From Trichoplax adhaerens (Eukaryota; Animalia; Placozoa): a stretch of DNA of 64,000 bases. Shown one piece after another: positions 1 to 13,960 of the stretch. The DNA lies in contig NW_002060949.1 in assembly GCF_000150275.1 (NCBI RefSeq), positions 4,744,753 to 4,808,752 of the forward strand. Direction: 5' to 3'. The translations under genes and the position numbers were made by a program. How positions within the stretch are numbered: position 1 is the first letter of the stretch; each line of letters begins with the position of its first letter. Under the pieces are notes generated by a model. It saw only the letters and a list, made by a program, of their open reading frames with translations, was not told the DNA's origin and did no database searches.

Positions 1-99
1 ATATTTAGGCTATTAGACTTCTAAATTAGAATTTAAAAACTACAATCTCTTTGGTCACTAATCTTTGTATTTCCATGGTCTATTTAATCTTTTTCTAAG

Positions 100-3000
100 C
101 TTGTCACATTCAGTAGTACTAAGAGCTGGAAGTTGATGAGCTCAAAGGGTTAGTTTATTGAAATATTCTGTAATGGATTTATCATTTATTAGATAACTAT
201 AAAATAAAACTAAATATGAAAATTTTTAGTCCAAAATTCTTTGGCTTACGTAGAAGTTTCGTCGAAATTACTAAAATTATAATATGATGCAAACTTGTTT
301 TTAGCTTTAGCAAATAAGAATTTTCGTCCAATTCTCGATCAGATATGTAAGCAAGTCCTGCTTCACCTCGTTAACAATAATTTCTTTGCAAACATGAAGG
401 TATAGGATATACATCATCAACAATAATAATTACTATACTAATCTAACTTTATTGTACATTTCAATAAAATAATATTTATGTAACTTTAATCTCGACTTGG
501 CGTAATGTGTTAGAACTTCTTGTGGAATTGTACAAGGAGTGGAGAATTAAAGCTATCGAAAGTCACTCTCTCGGGTGTTATAGTTCTAATACAAAGGTTA
601 CAATTACTTTTAATATTTTTCCTGGCTGATATAAGCGAAAAAGAACTTTTAAACCTGTAATTATTCATCACTATTAGTTTTAACTTTTTAATTTTCTATT
701 TTAGAACTTTCAGTGCAAGCTCAAATAACTTAAAATTACTTAAGCAGTTTATGGAATCAATTATGGCTTTTCCTGCATTATTATATCATGTTAAGAAGTT
801 ATCCCCCGAGGCAAGCTTAGTTTGAAATAACTAAAAGTTATCACAGTATGATAAAATTGATTTGTTTAAATTATCACTGTTGCCTAATCGACGATTTCCT
901 CTTTGTGTAAAGTCCTTAGCTGAATTCCGTCAAAGTCACGTTTTGGAAGTTGTGCTGGAAACCTATGCAGACGGAAGTAATCTATCTAATTTAACCACAA
1001 AACTTGGCGGATACTATACCTTTTCTTTATTAGGTAATATTTAACTTAATTAATAATAACGACACCGGCCATTTGCTGTTATTATGCAAATGGCCGGTAT
1101 CAATGTTATTTTAGCAATTAGCTTAATTCATGCTAAACATAAATCATCCTATTTAAGTTGGTAACTACTAAAAATCGATTATGATAACCTCTTTTTATTT
1201 TGGCACTTTTATAGGCAACCTGATACAACTGTCTCATTATGCTGATAAAGTCAGTAATTTAGAAAATAACGTTCGCAGAAATAAAGTCGGCTCTAATTTT
1301 CTTTTGATTAGTATAACATTACTCCTGTAAACTCATTCTAACTTATATCTTTTACGAAATAGCCTTGGATTAATAAACTATCTATTTTCAAGGTAAGAAT
1401 ATAAAACAAATTAATGCCTACACCAGTCTGCCTACTCTATACTTTAGTCAAGATAGTAGTTATCAGTGATAGTTTATCGTCCGTGAGAATATTCTTAAAT
1501 ACTCAATTATAATCTTTAACACATTAGAGCATCATTATGTACCTGCTGAATTATTGTCATGACCAAAACTCGGTTAAAAATTCAAATGCTACTGTTCATC
1601 ATCCCCTTTTTGGTTGGTGTTCGGAGGCTTTAGCAACAGAGTAAGGTTACAAGTTACTGGTGGTAATGGATTCAGTTATTTCAGTACACTTCAATAGAAA
1701 TAAATGTGTCTTTGTATTACTGAGACCCTCAAATACCTTAGATTGTAAAATATCTGCTAGTATTTATAACTTCAATCTTCCATTGCTTAGTTTGCAGGAT
1801 TCAGTCCCATTAATTGGCAAGCAATTTCAGTACCTCTGGATGCCTAGTGCTGTTCAATTATTTTTTACAGACATTTTCGAAAAAAGTGATGAAACACCTA
1901 ATGAAGCAGCTGCATCGGTAAAGACCGGAGACAGCGTTAAGAAAAAGAAAGGTATAAAGAATAAGTTCACTAAACTTTTAACCATGTCCTCTAAGAGCCA
2001 ACATTCTTCCTCGTGATACAACAAATATCTATTATAACGTATACACAATACTTTGTATAGGACTTTTTGGAAGAGTTTTCAGTAAAAGCCAAATTAAGGG
2101 GTTCATACTTTCATCCACAAAAGTGAAGACTAATAGTGACTTGATAAAGCGAATTTGTAGTACCTGTGCAATGTATAATACTGCTATAAGTACACTGCCA
2201 GAAATGCGCACGGACGTTCTAACTGGTAATTAGCGTTCATTACGATTGCTATCATAGGAATGTGCTATTGTGAAATTGTTAAGGTTAGAAATTAAACCTA
2301 ATTCGGTTTAAAATGCTGCAGGTATTAGCTACTATTATGGATTGTTAGAGCCACTATGGAAGTTTATTCATACGCTATACATGGAAGAAGGACCCAAAAT
2401 TTTTCATGAGAATAGCCCAAACTTAAGCGATACGATATCGCTAACGACTCTGTTCTGTAATTGCTGTTGTCATTTGATAACGTAGGTTGAAATCGGTTAT
2501 GCATTTAATTTTAGTATAGAAATGATGAAATCAGCTAAATGTAACATAGAAACTTTTGATTAATATTAGTATTGTTGATGATATTGAACTGTATCAAGAA
2601 AATAAACCATTTACCCTTGATGAATTAATAAAAATGGTGACATTACTAAATCATATGGTTTTTTATGCTATATGGAAGCTTGATGGTACGTATAATTTTC
2701 CAAATGACGGCATAGTTAAAATTATAACACTCTATCATAGTAATCTTACCAACTTATATGATAACGATATAATTTAACAACTTTTGTTAAAATTTTTTAT
2801 TAAAGTCTTCAGCTCGTCCAAGACTACAGGAGCTAAGTATCCGTATGAATACAGGCAAATGATTAATGCTGGTCATATGCTGTTAATGGTATTATATGAT
2901 AGGGACTGTCGCCGATCTTTCACTCCTGAGAATCACTGGATCATCAAGTACAGTATACAATTCTATATTCGTTACATAAGCGTAGATATCTTGTCTTATT

Positions 3001-5482
3001 AAATAAATGCTAATATGAGTAAACGTTTTGCAGGGAATTAAATTTTAATGAATTTATTTCCGCTCTCAACGAAGGCACTAATCGTTCTCATGTATTGTTA
3101 CGCAAAATTGCTCACGTAATTCCACGCGAAAAGGTTTTCTTACAAGGCTGAGAAATATAATTTTTCAGAATATTTAGTTGCAATTGTTTATAAAATTTCT
3201 TTTCATTACTATGACATTATTTTATTCTACTAGCGAGTTGATTTATTTCGAAAACTTGTTGCGGACGACAAGAAATCACTTGGGATTTTCGCTGATACTT
3301 TAGCTATTAGACCAAATTACACATATATTAATATCAATCGTAGTAGACTTCTCGAGGTATGTTACGCTAGATATCAATTGGACTCTTAGCTCATCCATTG
3401 AAATAGCGTTATTTCCTTCAATTAGGATGGATACGAACAATTGACACAGCTACCTCCAGAAGCAATTAAACGTACAATTAAAGTACAGTTTGTTAATGAA
3501 CAGGTAATCTAATTATAAAACGATATTGAACACTTAGCCATGGATATCTGATGGTGAAATTGCTGTTAGGGTTTAACTGAAGCTGGAATTGACGAATCGG
3601 GGGTTTTTAAAGAATTTTTAGAAGAAACTATTAAAAAAGCGTTTGATCCAGCATTAAATTTGTTTAAGGTCACTTATCAGTTCACGAATGTTAACTAGAA
3701 ATATTTCTAGAATTAGTAGTTTTTGATCGTGTCGGCTTCTTATAATCATTTAGGTTACTTGTGGAGACGAACCACGACTATATCCATCTCCTACCTCTTA
3801 TATTCATGGTAATCACCTACCGTTATTTGAATTTGTTGGACGTATGTTAGGGAAAGCGGTGTATGAGGTATCTGTCATCCACTTTAAAACTTGTTGCTAA
3901 TAGTATGGTCATATAACGATGTACTCGTACATGTTAATTATTTTCAGATCCATATTTACCTATGCTGACTTAGTTGCTTCTGATTTGTATAACCTGATAT
4001 TATAATATCAATTAGGGCCTAGTAGTAGAAGTTCCTTTGGCTTTGTTCTTCTTAAATAATGTATTAGGAGGGCAGCATAGCATTTTGTATAGCTGTATCG
4101 ATGAGCTGCCCTCTCTCGATCCTGAATTATACAAGAATTTAAACTATGTTAAAGTAAGGGAGACTTTGAGCTAATAACGGTCGGTATAGTAGCAATCTGA
4201 TTAACGTTGTACTTGACTAGAATTATGAAGACGATGTTGAAGATTTAGCCTTGACATTTTCATTTGACGAAGACGTGTTAGGAAAGGTAATGGGAAATTA
4301 ACTAATCATGTTGATCGACGCTTACAATTATGACTGATCGCGAGTTTATAATATACATACTCTTTATTTGTCTATCGTTGATTGATTCATATAATAGATT
4401 ATTACGCACGATCTAAAATACGGTGGAAGTACCATTCCTGTTACGAATGAGAATAAGTAATTTGAAAGAAATAAAATTGAAATTATTTACTTTTAGGCTT
4501 CGGCATTAATAAATAAAATAGATATTGATGGTGCTACTTTTTTCGCTATTTCGGCATATTCCTGCAGATTAAGTTATATTCATTTAATGGCTCATTTTCG
4601 ACTACGCAAGCAATTAAAGAAGCAAACGGCAGCTTTTATTAGGGGTTTTCATTCAGTTATTAAACCAGAATGGCTTCAGGTTTTTTCCGGTCCGGAACTG
4701 CAGCTGTTAATTGCTGGAGAAAATACAACCATTAGCATTTTAGATCTTAAGTATGCAATAATTAGAAAATTAGTTTCAGAGATTTAGATTGATTTTGACT
4801 ATCTTCGAACTAAAATATACATTATTAATAAGAAAATACACAAAATACCTTGGAGGATATCACAGTAAACATCGCGTTATTCAGTGGCTATGGGATATAT
4901 TAAAAAATGATTTTGGAGAAGAGGATCGATGTAAATTTCTCAAAGTAAGACAACTATTAAAGAATTTAATGCAATGATTTGCTAAAGTAAGAAATATTGA
5001 TATATATGTATTTGTTATAATAAATAAATTGTAATTACTTTTGCACAGTTTGTTACTAGTTGTTCCAAGCCACCCTTGCAAGGTTTTTCGAATCTACAAC
5101 CACCTTTTACTATACGATACGTAGAGGCTGAAAATGAGGAAGTAAGGTTTACTCATAGATGTATATCTTGTAATAATAACATAAAAGTGTAAAGTTCTTA
5201 AAGCCCGATTCTGATAAACTATAATTGTATTGTTGACTCTGATAACGATGAAATAATAGCGCTCATTATCTGATAAATTCGATTCAGGACCGAGAGTCTA
5301 TTAGCCGAGTCTTATTTAGAGCGTTAAGCATTCCTAACAGAAAAAGTCAATCGACATCAAGATTACCGACGTCTTCAACATGTTTTAATCTATTAAAATT
5401 ACCTAATTATCACTCTAAGCACGTATTAAGAGAGAAATTACGTTATGCTATTCAATCAAATTCTGGCTTCGAGCTATCATAA
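100..5482 (+). CDS. UBE3B: HECT-type E3 ubiquitin ligase UBE3B, multi-exon, 5' end outside the window
   Basis: Manual splicing of many short exons gives [12 protein letters not shown]..., [124 protein letters not shown] (exon 5049-5141) and last exon 5288-5482 ...[41 protein letters not shown]. Catalytic Cys codon at 5381-5383. The [17 protein letters not shown] tail is UBE3B-type rather than UBE3C-type (RLPTASTCMNLLKLP). Confidence 0.93.
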
Positions 5483-5890
5483 TTGTATGTAAAATAATTT
5501 AAAATATTTTACTAAGATTGGTACAATAGACTGATGTATTTAACAAAGGATACCTGAAATATTGAATTTAAAAATTTTATCACTAATTTCACTAGCTGTA
5601 TTTGCCGCAAAACGATCTTACTTCACAGCTAGGTAGTTATTAAGTAAATAATTTTAAGAAAATTTAATATTTGATTTCATTTTTAATATGAGATTAAAAT
5701 ATGTTCGATCGTATCAGGATTAATCATATTTATTATTATAGCACACTTTATGTATGTAAATACTTATTTGCGTGCTTTTCCTTGATTCGTAAATACTTTA
5801 AATCAATAAACCAATTTTATAAGTATGCTGCAAATTGCAGTACTGTTCTGTTAAGTGTGTAATATGAATACATCCAGTTAATTATAATCA

Positions 5891-7348
5891 CTATAAATGA
5901 AAAATTTTTGATAGCTGCAATTCCTGCATCCTGATGCAGTTAGGCAAATTGTTCATGAATGGAGTAAATAGAAGGCCTGGTAAAATAAAATTTACTAGTT
6001 ATATGTATATGTTAGTAGCAACAGAACTATCAAGTTAGCATTCTATTTGTTCTCATCAGGAATCCTTTCGAGAAATTTAGTCCATAACTGACTATCACTA
6101 AATTGTTAATTGTTTTGCTTTACCAGCTGAATAACGATCATCTGTTGTAACTTAGTAACGCATGAAATTTTATGGTTTGTAACAGCTGCAGATATTGTAT
6201 GAGTATTTGACGGCAGGACTTACCTTGAGATGATTCGTTAATAACATCTTAGAGAAAGATTTCATTGATTATAATTATATTATATAAATGGTCGATGATA
6301 TAATAGCATTAATTACACGTTGTAAAATAAGTCATTTTATTTATCCATATAAATAAAACGCAGATAGAACGTAAAAACTAGTTAACATTGTAACAAGTGT
6401 CAACTTAGTTTTACGCGTACATATAGCACATAGGACTAATTCTCTTTTAAGAGAAATCAAAGCTATTCCTGCTATATCGCTACTTATCAATTTGCTATCC
6501 TTGTGCAAATACTGGCTTGATAATGACAAGAAGTTGTTTTCGATTTTGCAATATTCTCCAAATGATAAATTATAGAACAGATCTAAAGAAATACATTGCA
6601 AGATTCGCTGTGATGTCTTTGTCATTATGAAATACCTAAGCTGATTTAATAGTAATTAAAATCATTGGTAAAGATATTTTATTCATTAACCTAATTTGAA
6701 GTTTTCTTATCTCTTACTATACTATCAATTATACATAGGCTTACAAATTTTTAATTAACCGATTAACCTGAATTACTTTATCATTGTATATGATTCTAGT
6801 TTTTGATTTACTGCAGCCATATAATTCAAAATGTCGCATGTAATAATTTAACGTAGAGATTATTCGTACTAAAGAATGTAGCAGCGATTACGTAATATTC
6901 TTAACTACAAATGCAGATAATAGGAGAGTTAAATAATGGTACAGTTGAAGCCATTTCTTTTATTTTGATTTTTAGTACTTAATTATAAATTACAACATAC
7001 CCAGAAATTAGAATAAGAAGAGTGACGAAGAATCGGTAATTACAAATAAAGTCATCAGATAATTAAATTTTAGATAGACTATAGAAATTTCTGTTGAATC
7101 GGGGAGTAGTTCACCGGTAGTAATTAATTTCATACAATAATTTATTCCTTATTGCTCAAAAATTTACATTAAACTTTAGGATAGTCGACGAATGGTCATA
7201 AGTAGAGCGAATTAAATTAGAATTTAAGGGTTAAGATTTTAATATTATTCATATAACTTCATGCTATTGGAATTTTATAATATACCTTAAAATTATAATT
7301 ATTATAAGAAGAACTTTGCTATAATTTATCTCGTCGTCTACATTTTGC
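5891..7348 (-). pseudogene. Candidate divergent or disrupted longin-domain gene (HPS1/Fuzzy/Mon1-like), with two microexons
   Basis: Minus-strand GT-AG exons 7001-7133, 6745-6868, 6421-6635, 6224-6247, 6124-6141 and 5891-5976 join with consistent phases across five junctions: MKLITTGELLPDSTEISIVYLKFNYLMTLFVITDSSSLFLF*FLVRIISTLNYYMRHFELYG...SQRILQCISLDLFYNL...DIAGIALISLKRELVLCAIYVINESSQDDRYSAGLLFTPF...IFHL*. In-frame TAA at 7008-7010. A further candidate exon near 7286-7362 does not join in phase. Family assignment is by eye only. Confidence 0.4.
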
Positions 7349-10248
7349 TCTTTCGCTATCTTCTATGAGAAAATCAGAAATGAGGAGGAAAGGGAAATAA
7401 TAAATAGGACATAAATCTTTTCCTATGCCTTAACTAACTACAGTACATCATCTTGTGCTCTTTAATTAGCCTAATACCGTAATATGATATCGATTGATAG
7501 AACTAGGAAGGTCATAATTATTTAATTCTAGCGCAAAGTCAAGGCAAAAATTTATATTTTTAACTTCAAATCTGAGCAATACTGATTCAAGAAAGTAAAA
7601 AGAGAACAATTAAAAAATATAGATGTTATTTATGACCACTGTAATTTGATTATAAAATCTCCATTGCTATTTAGTGAGGATCATAAAATGCTATATAGAA
7701 ATAACATATGCTATTACATAATATTTCTAGTAAATCAAAATTATGGTAACTATTTAATAAAATTAATGTAATCATTGATAAACTCATAAATATTCAGTCT
7801 ATATGATTGAATTTTGCGGAAGTGATATTAGTATCCATATAAAAGATGTTAATCAGCTTATGTTTTGCAGTTATAAAGTATAGTCGCACAACGGTATGTT
7901 AATTGTTATTACCGGTTTATTTCTTCAGCGAGCTTAGTTAGTTGCTATAATTTAAATTAGTCGGAAACAATTCTATAATATCTTCGGTTTTACGAGTTAT
8001 TACAAGATCAAGCTATTTTTCAAGGTAGAAATTCCCTTATTAGCAGCTATGAAGATGGTTCAACAGTTTGTACTATTCTATCCGCTAGAAATATATTGGA
8101 CGTGGTAAGCCTATGCCTTAAAATAATACGAGTGTATGTGATAGTTTTTAATCGTAGCTATAATGCTATTAATATTCAATACTAACATATAACACTAACA
8201 AAATGAGTAGATTACGATAATGATGAATACATCAATCATTAGAAAGTTTCTATTTCATTTATATGCGTTTTAGTATTGCTACTAATAATCTGATATCACT
8301 AAGTAAGAAGGCCATTCGATGATTTATACAAAATGCTAATAATAGATCGAGTACCGTATAGGGACCTGTTAAGAACATCTAAAAAAGCATGAATCAATTA
8401 TTCAGAGTCTGTTTAGATTGCCCTGAGTGAAAAGATATTTCTAGATAATGCGACGCTAACAAACCAAAAGAAAACGCAAAATCTGTAACATGCTTCCGTC
8501 ATTAACATTTCATCGTTCGATAATGGTTATACTTAAATACTATCATGGTATATAATCACTCAGACCTGATGCAAAACTTATTACATCTTCATTATCTTAC
8601 TATATATAGGCTGATGTATATGGTTCTAATTAAATCCGATACTATAGCGATGGCATGATCTATATGAAATTTATAGAAATAGATAATTCTTAACCTGTAG
8701 GCCGTAGATATTTCGCGTAGACTCGCTTGTATTCAACGATCAATAACCGTAAATTTTACCCTGTAAATACTACGGCACCGACCTCTATATGGCATGTTAA
8801 AGATTCGTATCGGACATAGTGCTATGTCAACTTTATGATGTAATTACTGACTATGATTTCTTCTATTATAATTATCCAAATAGGAATCGAATCTGTTATA
8901 GATGGGTCGAAGTCATTACAAACATACAAGTATTTCTATAGTACTACGAGCTGTAAGTAAAGTATTAATAGCTCTCATCATCCGTGTAAATCACTATCAG
9001 TTATTCGAACTAGCTTTTTCTCCTCTTTCTCCAATCTATACAGCCACACACTCTAGTCTTACCGTACTGCAACATTCTATAAATAATTCTGTATTGTATT
9101 GCGTAAGCAACTGCGAATGTGAAGAATTAATAAAATGCCCAATCTTCGATATCTAAATCTCTCAACTGAACTGCGCCTATTAATCGTATATTAACTAACC
9201 TTATAATAAATCTAGTAATGGAATCACATATACAGTATTATAGATATTAGCGTTGCGGTTGAAGATGTGGCTCGAGCTATTACTAGAATTATCTTAATAT
9301 TAGTCTAATCGCATATATTAGGATTAGCTTGATACGGTATGCAGCGTGTTTGTATAGGCTATTGAAACAGTAAAATATAAATTAAATTTAGCTTCCATCA
9401 TCGATCGGTACATTTGACACTTCCCCTTAATGTTCAATTAATTATTAAACTCTTGATCATCTGAAGTTGTGACGATAAAATAAATGTTTAATAACAATTG
9501 AATTATAATTCAAAGAATATATTGATAAATTAATTACATGTTGTCATCATCATCACTATGCCAGCTATCCTGATAAATTAGTTTACTTTACAATCTTTTG
9601 TTATAGTAATCAGAATAGAAATTGTTAAGGATAAATTTTTTAAGATCACATTGGAATAAATTAATAATAATATCAATCAATGATCTTCATCTTATTCGAT
9701 ATGTCACTCTATAACGTAATAGCAACAATTTGGAGGGATTTTATTACGACATCGTAACTGAAACAGAAGGGAAAACCATTAATTATCTTAGGAATGACAA
9801 TGAAGTAAATTACAATAACATTGATTAAATATAGGAAATAAAGAATGGAACTTCTCTATTAAATGGGAGTAAGACATAGTTCTATAAAAGTAGGTGTCAT
9901 CGTGATGTAGTAGAATCATTAATTTATCATTTCTTAATTATTTCTAAGTTAGAGTCAATTAAAAGACGCGAATCCAATGATGATAATTAGGTTAATTATC
10001 GTGGCAGAAACATCCCTTGTTTAATGTATGACGAATGATTTGATTGAAATTCTATTATCAATTTTAGAACAAAAAAGTAATTATCAAATTGAAGCAAGTT
10101 TTATAAGTGAAATAGATAATTTAACGCTATTAAATAGAATAATCGTTCTAGCTAACGAAATATTAGTCTTTTTTAGTAATCATTAATAAGACGAAAAAAC
10201 GTTATGTACATGAAATTGAATAGGAGCGAAGATTAAATTGATTAAATC

Positions 10249-10284
10249 TTGATTGATTGATTGATTGATTGATTGACTGATTGA
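10249..10284. repeat. (TTGA)n microsatellite, ~9 units, one imperfect
   Basis: ttgattgattgattgattgattgattgactgattga read directly; a shorter (TTGA)4 lies near 14347-14362. Confidence 0.9.
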
Positions 10285-13200
10285 ACTAAGATAAATGAAT
10301 ACATTACCTATTATCTATTCATAATTTATAATTCATCCATTTGAATGGCTAAGTAAGTCGGGATAGTAATCACCATCATTTTATAATATTAAGAACGATA
10401 TGAAAGAAAACAGATCAAGCTAATAAAGAGAATGTTTTAAAAGCTTATAGGTTTATAATTCTACCCTACCAACATTAAATTAGCCTTCATAGGTTATACA
10501 ATTTTATCTATCGATTAATCTAGTTGTAGCTACTGTATAAAATAGGATTAAACGAATTCATCTTAATTCAATCATTTTAATAATAATAATCTCGGCAATG
10601 CACGATTACATTACTAGTTATACCGGTTTACTACTGAGAATTTTTTACTCTCTTTGATTGATAGATTCAAGAATAATATAGCTAGGCGGAACGCTAATAA
10701 TGAATTACATGTCTATCAAGTATCATGACGGATCTCAACTATCTTTGTTTAATTCTTGGGAAGATATTAGTTTCTTTAATTAATCTAGTGAATAGTAATT
10801 GTAATACAAATTCAGATTTGAATGAAAGGTAGCTACAGATAGGGAGAAAGGAAGTCGTCCTGCAATGATCATTAACTCGATACAGTGCTAAATCTTTTTT
10901 TATTAAGTACTGAACTATAATAGATAGATTATACTTTCACGTGCTCACTAAATTTCCTATCTTTTAATGAGGTAGAAGTTAAGCATGGCAGAAAGTCATG
11001 CTCGAAAATACCATTAACTCAGCAGATGAACTTTTTCCCTCCTTTTAATTCTTTATCATCAAATATTGCATCTATCTTTATTTATAAATCACTTCAAAAG
11101 TTAGCCATGTTAAACAAATTGCATAAATGATTGCAAATTAGTGATATAATTAATTAATGATTAATATTAATGATTTTAATATTTCCGTCTTTATACACGC
11201 TTCAATATGAGCACATTAAGATTATACATTACTCGATGTTTGCTATCGACTCTTCAATGACGGAATGGATTTAATGCTGCCTTGCATAGCTATTGAAAGG
11301 GAATAAATGGATTATCCGATCTATTCCGTCTTGTTTGATTAATCATTAGCCACAGTGTACTTATCCATTCAGTTTGTTGTAATAGAATCTCCATGGCTTA
11401 GTTGTATTAGTTTTAATAATAAAGCTGACTGCAGTAAGTTCCGTTGTAAATGTTGAAAGAACGTTAATCTGCACAGATGATAGCTGTCAAATTGATTGAG
11501 GTTTTTGACAGTTCATTTTTAAGAACTGTACTATTAAATTATAGAATAAATAGATCGACAGACGACTCTCTTTTTTCTCCATATTAAATAGTTTAGAGTG
11601 ATATGTTTGTTAAGTCTATTTGTTGTACTTAAATTATATCTACTTCAAGTTGACATTATCTTAGTATACAATACAAAGTTAATCCGCGAAGGCCATCCAA
11701 CCCAATACAATCGATCGAATTTAATCCGAGCTATGTTTATAACAGTCATTATTTTCTCTGTGGCGCTACCGTAAACGGTAACCTGATGTTATTAACTATG
11801 CGTTACATTCTATCTATGATAGGCTTATGCTTTCCGGTTTGGACTAAAGGTTGGGAATAAGACCTTTTTTCTCAATAAAATTTTTAACGTTGAGTAATTT
11901 TATGTTAAACGATAGCAGATTTAATGCATTCGTTTTCTCCTCCCATTCCTCTTGAGGGAAGTAATTCGTTCAGGAATAAGATTTTGAAATAAACGTAAAT
12001 AAAATAGGTAAGTTCAATTTTACACCATTAACAAACGCCAAAGTCAATATACTATCAGAGGTATTTAGACAGCTATGCTGTTATCATGTTAATTATAAAA
12101 TTTTACTGAGTAATAACTCATGAAGAAAGAAGTTATTAAACGAGCTAATCAATAGTTTTAATCAACCATAAAGCATAAACTGTTGCTAGTAACTACCGTA
12201 GAAAGAGCATACGGATCATTCATAAGTAACTTTATCGGATAAGTATTTTTACTTATGCAGGGGTAGAGTGAAGAGATTATTAATCTAATGTATAGAATAA
12301 GGTCATGAATTGCAAATGAGTTTTTAATTACGTAAGGTTAACCAGTAAAATGTCATCTAACACAATTCATCGATAAACTCATCTAAGCAATCTTATTCAA
12401 GAATTAAACATTATATCATACTTGCCATAAGATTGATCAAAGTATAAGTTCCTTTTGATTAGTATGGTATCATTAATACTTGGTTTTAAATTTTCATGCC
12501 ACTCTTTTTAGATCATGGAAAGAGCGACAATATTGTTAATAAGTAGAATATAGCAGTAAGGGTGATAAATTTTATATCTATAATAAAATCAAAACTCTTA
12601 CTGTTGAGTAAGAGGATCTTGATTGAGGTGTAACTAACGCTCTACTTGGCCTATCGATTAATTAAAATGTTTATTTTTTGCACTATTGGCCAATAATTGA
12701 TTGATGAGATATCATAGGAATGGCGTGAAGGTTTACAGTAAATCAAGAATATTGTTTAATTATAATTATTGATTTATTAAACTTAAGCCATAATTATGCA
12801 TCATCTTGATTAATCTTAGTACTGTATTATATTGATTTTTTTCTAGCAATATTAAACATCTGTCTATGAAAAGTAATTGAAGAGGTATGGAAGAAAATAT
12901 TATATCTAGAACATCACTCTAACTTATTAAAACTAGCTAGTTTCAATACATCATGACTGCAATTAATGTCGACAGAATCAAAGCATTTGTAAGAGGAAGA
13001 GAGCTAAATAAAAGATAGTTATAATCATAAAAGGAGGTATAGAAATTGGTAAAATACCGTAATTAATCTATATGTTGTCCTATTACTTGCAATGTTCAAA
13101 GGACTGATCTATATTTTAAACTGGATTATAATGGTTACTGAACATTGATGATAACAGAGGTAATTATCATCAGCAAATGGAATTCAAATCTAATTGAAGA

Positions 13201-13606
13201 CTATACTTTATCGCTGCATTGTCTTAACTTATGGCTTTGCTTGATTATATTGAGGACTATGTGCATTGAAAAATGGTCGATGGGCATGAAATTAATTTCG
13301 AGGGATGGACAGCTTCTACACATTGCGTTACAATTGACATCTGTCTGATAGTTATGACGGTAACTCTGCAAACACCCACACACACTCATGGCAATTAATA
13401 TAGAAAAAATTCTATTTCAAATAAGATTAGGCCCAGCACTACATGCAATCACATAGAATGAATATTTCCATCATTATCACGATGATATTTTAAAATCCTT
13501 ATGGACATTGAATGATCTATACTGTTTAAAGGGTTTAGCACAGCTATTCGCGTGTAAAAATATGAGACGCTCAGCCTAAGTTATATTTTAAAACGGCTAT
13601 TGAAAT

Positions 13607-13960
13607 ATTGATATCTTGGAGGGACTGTTATACAATCTGCTATCTTTCCTCACCACCTCCCCCACAGATAATTTATATGAGTCATTTTATCTATCTTATC
13701 TTCATTGTATAACATTAATCGGATCAATTTATAGATAATAGCTCTCCATATTATCACTAGCGATCGCCTAAAAAATATTAAGATATCAACATTAGTTCAT
13801 CTTCAGGCACATTCTAAACTATTTACTTTAGTTAGTATAATATCGATATCTTGGATATGCTATTTGATACAATCTGCTGTCTTTCCCCACCTCCTCTGCG
13901 TCTTTATTTCTATAAAAGTCTCTTCTGTCAATCTTACTTCAATATTGTATCAATTTAATC
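13607..13960. repeat. Degenerate direct duplication, two ~115-nt copies about 235 nt apart
   Basis: Copy 1 (~13607-13720) gatatcttgga...tacaatctgctatctttcctcaccacctcc...attgtataacattaatc; copy 2 (~13842-13960) gatatcttgga...tacaatctgctgtctttccccacctcc...attgtatcaatttaatc. Confidence 0.75.

Noticed and set aside
7961-8104. Open plus-strand segment bounded by AG and GTAAG
   Set aside because: Isolated, with no partner exons or homology recognised.
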